In this document: positions 58,876-64,000 of the stretch, one piece after another
Layout of the letters: each line of letters opens with the position of its first letter
How positions within the stretch are numbered: the first letter of the stretch is position 1
Source: Desulfobacula sp.
GTDB lineage: Bacteria; Desulfobacterota; Desulfobacteria; Desulfobacterales; Desulfobacteraceae
NCBI GenBank assembly: GCA_020048635.1
Contig: JAIFMF010000116.1
Span: forward strand, 1,825 to 65,824
Length of the DNA stretch: 64,000 bases
Reading direction: 5' to 3'
Translations under genes and position numbers: made by a program
Notes under the pieces: model-generated
What the model saw: only the letters and a program-made list of their open reading frames with translations
What the model was told of the DNA's origin: nothing
Databases searched by the model: none

Positions 58876-59349
58876 CTATTTTAAGATGACATACTGACCC
58901 CGGTTCAGATCAAAAACAGTATCAAAGGAAACCGGTTCAGCCAGAGGCTCCACCATCAGGATGCCGGCGATCCTGAAAAATAACTGCCGCTTTTGGCCGG
59001 CCTGACTTTCCACCCGGACAATGGTTTTTTTCAGGCGCGGTTCAAATATGGAAATGATTTTTTCAATCTCCCGACATAATTTCTGTCTGACAAAGGAAGA
59101 TTCCGGGTTTTCCACAGTAAAGTCCCGAAGCCCGTATAAAAGAAAGGATTCCCTTGCCGCACCAAAGGAATCCGGTATTTCAACCGGGCTGCAACGGGTA
59201 TTGAGAAGATTCTCGATGTCCCTTACCACACTGTCCAATATCTGCTGTTCAGATATCACCTGATACCGGGCAGACTCATTGTTCTGTCCGGGTTCCATAT
59301 CGATGAGCCTGTCCAGTATCGATGCGGTAAGGTTGAAAGGATCATTCAT
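58876..59349 (-). CDS. tssE: T6SS baseplate TssE (gp25-like)
   Basis: SILDRLID, RD.E.LLNTR, YGL.D, FEPRL. Confidence 0.92.
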   Translation of the reverse strand: MNDPFNLTASILDRLIDMEPGQNNESARYQVISEQQILDSVVRDIENLLNTRCSPVEIPDSFGAARESFLLYGLRDFTVENPESSFVRQKLCREIEKIISIFEPRLKKTIVRVESQAGQKRQLFFRIAGILMVEPLAEPVSFDTVFDLNRGQYVILK

Positions 59350-59365
59350 ACAGGGTTAGAAGGCC

Positions 59366-59854
59366 TTATACGGCTTTATTCGCTTCAAGATCCCAGCCCG
59401 CCGGAACATTTCCAGCACTAGTTCCATCTGCTCGTTTTTGTTTGGTATAGGTCTGCTCGATCTTACCATAATTGAGTGAAATTGATTCAGTAGGCTCTCC
59501 TCCGCCTCCGCCGCCGACTGATACGGAAGTGATCACCACATTGGTCAATTTATATTCCATGTATTGTTCTTTATTTCCTCCGTACCTGTTCAGCGAAAGC
59601 AATACCTCAGTTATAGGCTTCCCAGAGGCACAGTATTTAAACAGGAGAGGTGAAGCACTGTCCATGGTTTTTACAATGCTTAAATCCTGGAAATCCGCCC
59701 TTGCCGAGGTGCCTCCCCCTACGGTTGAGGCGCTGGCAGAGGCCATCTGGGATACCCCCCAGCTAAAGGACAGAATTTCCATCCAGTCCTTGTGTTTGTC
59801 ATCCGTGCTTTCACCCTTGATGCCGTCAATCTTTAAAAAATTATCTGCTGCCAT
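59366..59854 (-). CDS. hcp: T6SS tube protein Hcp (H1-type)
   Basis: FLKIDGIKGES.D.KHKDW.EILSFSWG, K..D.ASP.L, E.ISLNYGKIE..Y, GWDL..NK. Confidence 0.96.
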   Translation of the reverse strand: MAADNFLKIDGIKGESTDDKHKDWMEILSFSWGVSQMASASASTVGGGTSARADFQDLSIVKTMDSASPLLFKYCASGKPITEVLLSLNRYGGNKEQYMEYKLTNVVITSVSVGGGGGGEPTESISLNYGKIEQTYTKQKRADGTSAGNVPAGWDLEANKAV

Positions 59855-59922
59855 TTTTTTCTCCTCTGATTTATTTTGTTTTGGCGCATGTTGCGCCTGT
59901 CTGCCTGTCTTGGGTTTTCAAA

Positions 59923-61419
59923 TTATCCCTTTGCCGGTGGGGGAAGATCTGCCACCAGGCGCAAAGACACGGACAATTCATCCAGTTGAAAATGGGGTTT
60001 TAAAAAACTGACCGCCCTGTAAGCTCCCGGCTTTCCTTTTATTTCACTGACATCAATGCGGGCATCCCGCAAGGGAAATTTGGCCTTTGCGTCCTGGCTT
60101 GCATTGTCATCCAGGAGGACATAGTTGCTGATCCAGCGGTTAAGGAATTGTTCTGCATCCTGTCGTGTCATAAAGCTGCCGATTTTATCCCGCATCATGG
60201 ATTTCAGATAATGGGCAAACCTGGATATAGCCATGATATACTGAAGCTGGGAAGAGAGTCTTGCATTGGCGTTTGCCGCATCATTTTCATAAAGCTTGGG
60301 CTTGTTCCCGGTCTGGGTACTGAAAAATGCAGCAAAGTCGGTTCCCTTGCAATGCACCAGGGGGACAAACCCGAGATCGGCAAGCTCTTTTTCTCTTCTG
60401 TCGGTGATGGCAATTTCAGTGGGACATTTTAAGGCCACATCCCCCTCATCGGTTTTAAACGTATGAACGGGAAGACCCTGAACCAGGCCACCTCCTTCAA
60501 CCCCCCGAATAGCAGCACACCAGGAATGTTTGGCAAAGGATTCTGTCAAACGTGTTCCTAAAGCGTAGGCAGCATTGCCCCAGAGGTATTGATCGTGATC
60601 TTTACCATCTACTCGTTCCTCAAAATCAAAAGCTTCTACCGGCACATTGTCTTTGCCATACGGTAGGCGCATGAGAATGTGCGGCATGGCCAGGGCCACA
60701 TAGCGTGAATCTTCCGATTCTCTGAAAGATTTCCATTTGGCATATTCCACGCTCTGGAATATTTTAGCCATATCCCTGGGTTCTCCCAATTGAGTAAAAC
60801 TGTCAAAATTGAAGAGTTCAGGTGCTGCTGCTGAAAGAAAAGGCGCATGGGAAGCTGCAGCGACCTGGGATATTTTTTCCAGAAGACTGATATCCTGGGG
60901 ATGGTTGCTGAACTCATAATCTCCGATGATAGCACCATAGGATGCTCCCCCGAACATTCCGAATTCCTCTTCATAGATTTTTTTGAACAAAGCGGATTGA
61001 TCAAACTCAGAGGCTTTTTCCATGTCCTTTAAAAGATCTTTTTTGGACACATTCATGACCCTGAGTTTCAGCCTTTCCCCGGTTTCCGTCTTATCAACCA
61101 GATAAGCAAGTCCCCTCCAGGATGCTTCCAGTTTCTGAAACTCCTGGTGGTGCATCACTTCATTGAGTTGATCCGAGATCAATTTGTCAATGGCACTGAT
61201 CCGGGCATTGATCATGGCTTCAGTGTCTTTGGAAACCGTGATGGAGCCTTCCATGATCTGTGATACAAATTCACCGATCAAATCTTTGGCCCAGTTTTTC
61301 TGACTCTCATCCCTGGCAAGACGGCCATCTGCTATGATCTGGTCAAGAAGGCCCGCCTCCTCTATTGTTTCTGTTGCAGGTACAGCATGGGACTGGATCT
61401 TTTGTTCATTTTCAGCCAT
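59923..61419 (-). CDS. tssC: T6SS sheath large subunit TssC (VipB)
   Basis: FQ.LEASWRGL.YLV, AAASHAPF, LWGNAA, IRG..GGG.V..LP, PHFQL. Confidence 0.97.
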   Translation of the reverse strand: MAENEQKIQSHAVPATETIEEAGLLDQIIADGRLARDESQKNWAKDLIGEFVSQIMEGSITVSKDTEAMINARISAIDKLISDQLNEVMHHQEFQKLEASWRGLAYLVDKTETGERLKLRVMNVSKKDLLKDMEKASEFDQSALFKKIYEEEFGMFGGASYGAIIGDYEFSNHPQDISLLEKISQVAAASHAPFLSAAAPELFNFDSFTQLGEPRDMAKIFQSVEYAKWKSFRESEDSRYVALAMPHILMRLPYGKDNVPVEAFDFEERVDGKDHDQYLWGNAAYALGTRLTESFAKHSWCAAIRGVEGGGLVQGLPVHTFKTDEGDVALKCPTEIAITDRREKELADLGFVPLVHCKGTDFAAFFSTQTGNKPKLYENDAANANARLSSQLQYIMAISRFAHYLKSMMRDKIGSFMTRQDAEQFLNRWISNYVLLDDNASQDAKAKFPLRDARIDVSEIKGKPGAYRAVSFLKPHFQLDELSVSLRLVADLPPPAKG

Positions 61420-61453
61420 ATGGTCCCTCCTTTATATGATTGCGTGTTAACAG

Positions 61454-61960
61454 TTAATCTTTTTTTATTCCAGTTTCTCTGCCGAGTTTTTCAAGGGAAT
61501 CCGTACTGGAAATTATTTCCTGGAGCAGTTCGTCCAGCTTATCATTTCCATCCAGTTTATTCAGTAGGCCGGATAGTTTTTCCCTTGCTGCCATGAGCTT
61601 ACGGATGGGGTCAATCTGTTTTGCCACATTTTCAGGATGAAAATCTTCCAGGGCTTTAAACTTGAGTTCCACTGCCATGGCAGAATTTTCATCGGTCAGT
61701 TTGTTATCAACCCGAAAGGCAAGTCTAGGGTTCATTCCCTCGAGAACTTTGTTAAAATTATCCCGATCAATCTCAACCAGTTTTCTTTCTTTAAGCTTGG
61801 GTAAGGGTTTTTCCGGTTTCCCTGACAAATCCGCCAGAACCCCAACAACAAAAGGAATTTCCTTTTTTTCAATGCTGTCGCCGACTTCAACGTCATAGGT
61901 GATCTGAACCCTTGGGGATCTTACCCTGTCCAGGGTATGCTGCAGGCTTTCTTTTGCCAT
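61454..61960 (-). CDS. tssB: T6SS sheath small subunit TssB (VipA)
   Basis: RVR.PRVQITYDVE.G....K E.PFVVGVLADLSG, IDRDNF. Confidence 0.97.
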   Translation of the reverse strand: MAKESLQHTLDRVRSPRVQITYDVEVGDSIEKKEIPFVVGVLADLSGKPEKPLPKLKERKLVEIDRDNFNKVLEGMNPRLAFRVDNKLTDENSAMAVELKFKALEDFHPENVAKQIDPIRKLMAAREKLSGLLNKLDGNDKLDELLQEIISSTDSLEKLGRETGIKKD

Positions 61961-62003
61961 TTTTGCCTCCTTTGGTTATGTATGGTTGATTTTAATATTG
62001 TTA

Positions 62004-63374
62004 TCATTTATTGGCGCTGCTGGTCAAATATTCCATGGCCTTTGTCACGTCCAGAGTGCACAGTCGTGTCAGAATTTCTCTGGCCCTGAATTGGTCGTCA
62101 TCGGAAGTGCCGTCTGCCGTAAGGCACTGATATAAAGTAGACAATACATCGGCAATCCATATGGGAGATTCCCATCGGTCCAATTGCAGTTCAGTCACCA
62201 GAGTCGTGAGTGCTTCCATAATGGGCCTTGCCAGGTCTGCTCTCCCTGCTTTCAGGCAGAGCCTTGCCATGAGGAGTCGAAAATTGGTTTTTTCTCGAAT
62301 GGACTGGGCACTGCAGGATGCTCCCAGAAGTTGTTCAAGGGCCGGCTTAATTCCCTCGTTGGCGAGTTTTTTTAGCGTGTCCTGCCATACAGCTTCTTCA
62401 ATGCCGGCACTTCCCAGAATTCGGTTCACATGAAAGGTGCCGATGGGTGACGTATTCCCCAAAGATTCTGGTAATCGGGGATGATTAAAAGCAGGATCTA
62501 TCAGCCTATTCTGGCTTTCTGATGCAAAGGATTCTGTATCATCTGCTGCCGGTTTTTCCAGTTCTTCCGGTATTGGGCCCGGCTCTTCTTCTCGCTTAAT
62601 TTTGACAATCTTAGTGATGAGGTCCCGGCAGTCTTCCAGTGATGTTTTTAGTTCAGCAAGCCTGGGTGCATTCCTGCCGAATTTTTCATCCACGATATGA
62701 TCCAGAACGGTGAACCTGTCAGAACAATTTGTAATGTGTTTAAAAATGCTTTCATAATAGGCTCTGGAGGAAGATTTTACTGCAGCATCAAACTCCTCTG
62801 CGGTAATTTTTCCTTCGGCAATCTGATTATTTCGGGTCCGTTTTTTCCCATCATCCACATCCCCATAGGAGTTTAAAATATCTTTTTCAAAGCCAACCTG
62901 CCGAGACTCCTGCCATTTTATCCAGGAAAAACCAGGGGTATTGATCTGATCAGTCAAAGGGATCTCTTTGATGGGCAGCCAGAGTTTATCATTGATAAAT
63001 TCAAGCGGGCCTGCTCGAAAATCCAGGTCATCATCCTCAATTTCCGGGTACACGCTTTCCCAGAACTGGCTTAGCAGACCACTGACGATGGGAAGTCCCT
63101 CGCTTAAACCTTCAAACCCTTTAGTGTGGACTAAAGATTCCAGAAGCCAGGCAGCTATCTGCAAATCCTTTGTTTTTGTTGTCAGGGCATCTATGGTAAG
63201 GGTGAAAACCGAATTCCAGTCAGAGGTTTTAACTTCATGCTGCCAATCTCCCCGGTCCAGGGTATCATCTGCTCTTCTTGCTTCCTGAATATCATCATAA
63301 GCTGAAGTATATCTCAGGCTTTCACCCGATGGGGTGTCTCCCGGGATGGGAGATAGAATCGCATTAATATCCAT
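62004..63374 (-). CDS. tssA: T6SS TssA (ImpA N-terminal domain plus VasJ-like C-terminus)
   Basis: L.PI.G..PSG..LRY...YD.I.EARR, KDLQIAAWL, W...YP; C-terminal RLLMARLC..AGR.DLA, WE. Confidence 0.92.
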   Translation of the reverse strand: MDINAILSPIPGDTPSGESLRYTSAYDDIQEARRADDTLDRGDWQHEVKTSDWNSVFTLTIDALTTKTKDLQIAAWLLESLVHTKGFEGLSEGLPIVSGLLSQFWESVYPEIEDDDLDFRAGPLEFINDKLWLPIKEIPLTDQINTPGFSWIKWQESRQVGFEKDILNSYGDVDDGKKRTRNNQIAEGKITAEEFDAAVKSSSRAYYESIFKHITNCSDRFTVLDHIVDEKFGRNAPRLAELKTSLEDCRDLITKIVKIKREEEPGPIPEELEKPAADDTESFASESQNRLIDPAFNHPRLPESLGNTSPIGTFHVNRILGSAGIEEAVWQDTLKKLANEGIKPALEQLLGASCSAQSIREKTNFRLLMARLCLKAGRADLARPIMEALTTLVTELQLDRWESPIWIADVLSTLYQCLTADGTSDDDQFRAREILTRLCTLDVTKAMEYLTSSANK

Positions 63375-64000
63375 CTGCCGTGTCTCCTTTGTTTAATATA
63401 ACATCGCCCATGGTTTCATTCCCGTTGGATAAATTAAAAAGATCGAAAAAATCTTCGGTTTTTAAAGGCCGGGCATAAATGGTTAATATCGGATTGTCCG
63501 GTAGACCCCCCTGAAAAACAGCCCCTGGCCCCTGGGGAGTGGGCTTGAACAATCCATGCCAGGTTCTATCATGTTTACGAGGAAAAGATTCAAAATTGTT
63601 TAAAAGGGTCGCAATGGGAAGGGCAAGCGCTCCTTTGCCGCCATTTTTTTCAAACCAGGCGATCATTTTTTCCGGCAAAATAGATCCTTTTTCAATTTCC
63701 ACCCCAGGATGGTTTGTGCATAAAAGCTCAGGGATTCTAATTTGTGTCAGTTTTGTTTCAAATTCCCTGAAATTCTCATACCGAGCGGCGGTAAAATCCT
63801 CCAGAGACCTGAAAACAGTTTCAAATCGGTTAAAGATATAGTTCCAATTTTTTTCCCAGCCTTGAACAAATCCTTTAGCCAGTACAAGAAGGGGATACAA
63901 TCGTCCCATGCGGTCGCTGCTGTCTCTGATAATGCCTAGTACAAGATCTCCCTTTTTGATACCTCTCACCCAGAATCGAAAAGAACGAATTTGTCTTTTT
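63364..64000 (-). CDS. tagF: T6SS-associated regulator TagF (5' end beyond the window)
   Basis: Frame is open to the window edge (..RSFRFWVRG); RDSSDRMGRLYPL matches the TagF S.D..GR.YP motif; overlaps the tssA start. Confidence 0.8.
   Translation of the reverse strand, partial: KRQIRSFRFWVRGIKKGDLVLGIIRDSSDRMGRLYPLLVLAKGFVQGWEKNWNYIFNRFETVFRSLEDFTAARYENFREFETKLTQIRIPELLCTNHPGVEIEKGSILPEKMIAWFEKNGGKGALALPIATLLNNFESFPRKHDRTWHGLFKPTPQGPGAVFQGGLPDNPILTIYARPLKTEDFFDLFNLSNGNETMGDVILNKGDTADGY

Noticed and set aside
59883-59897. Hairpin GGCGCA-TGT-TGCGCC between tssC and hcp as a terminator
   Set aside because: On the transcribed minus strand it is followed by an A-rich, not U-rich, tract, and the stem is short.
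1-64000. CRISPR arrays, rRNA/tRNA genes, IS elements, prophage, selenocysteine read-through
   Set aside because: No repeat-spacer arrays, RNA-gene signatures, transposase/integrase ORFs or split ORFs at TGA seen by eye; the phage-like genes are T6SS components. Infernal and tRNAscan were not run.

Overview
This is bacterial chromosomal DNA, most likely from a sulfate-reducing deltaproteobacterium of the Desulfobacteraceae type (inferred from gene content: orange-protein cluster, Cys-rich GcvH-like protein, AOR, sigma54 promoters). I see no rRNA, tRNA, CRISPR array, IS element or prophage. From left to right it contains: a LolA-like protein, an outer-membrane barrel and a LytS/LytTR pair; a MoxR-DUF58-transglutaminase operon; a solitary sigma54-driven GcvH-like gene; an MCP; a translationally coupled operon of SBP, PAS histidine kinase, REC-STAS, TlpA, GAF-GAF-TM-pseudo-rhodanese and MauE; DedA; an NADH oxidoreductase; a MacAB-TolC efflux system; a repeat lipoprotein; an OYE reductase; a GntR-Liv ABC-AOR-racemase catabolic operon; an orange-protein-like (NifX/MinD-ferredoxin ATPase/NifU) operon with a sigma54 promoter; and mlaC with an mlaD remnant. 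From about 44 kb to the end lies an intact H1-like type VI secretion system (tagF partial, tssA-B-C-hcp-E-F-G-clpV, vgrG, PAAR-like), with an atypical phosphorylation module and an orphan candidate effector. The best candidates for undescribed biology are (1) the degenerate partner-switching/periplasmic thiol-redox signalling operon at 11.9-18.5 kb, (2) the rewired T6SS kinase module at 44.2-49.8 kb, and (3) the immunity-less candidate effector at 49.8-51.0 kb. All family assignments come from motif recognition by eye; no database searches were run.
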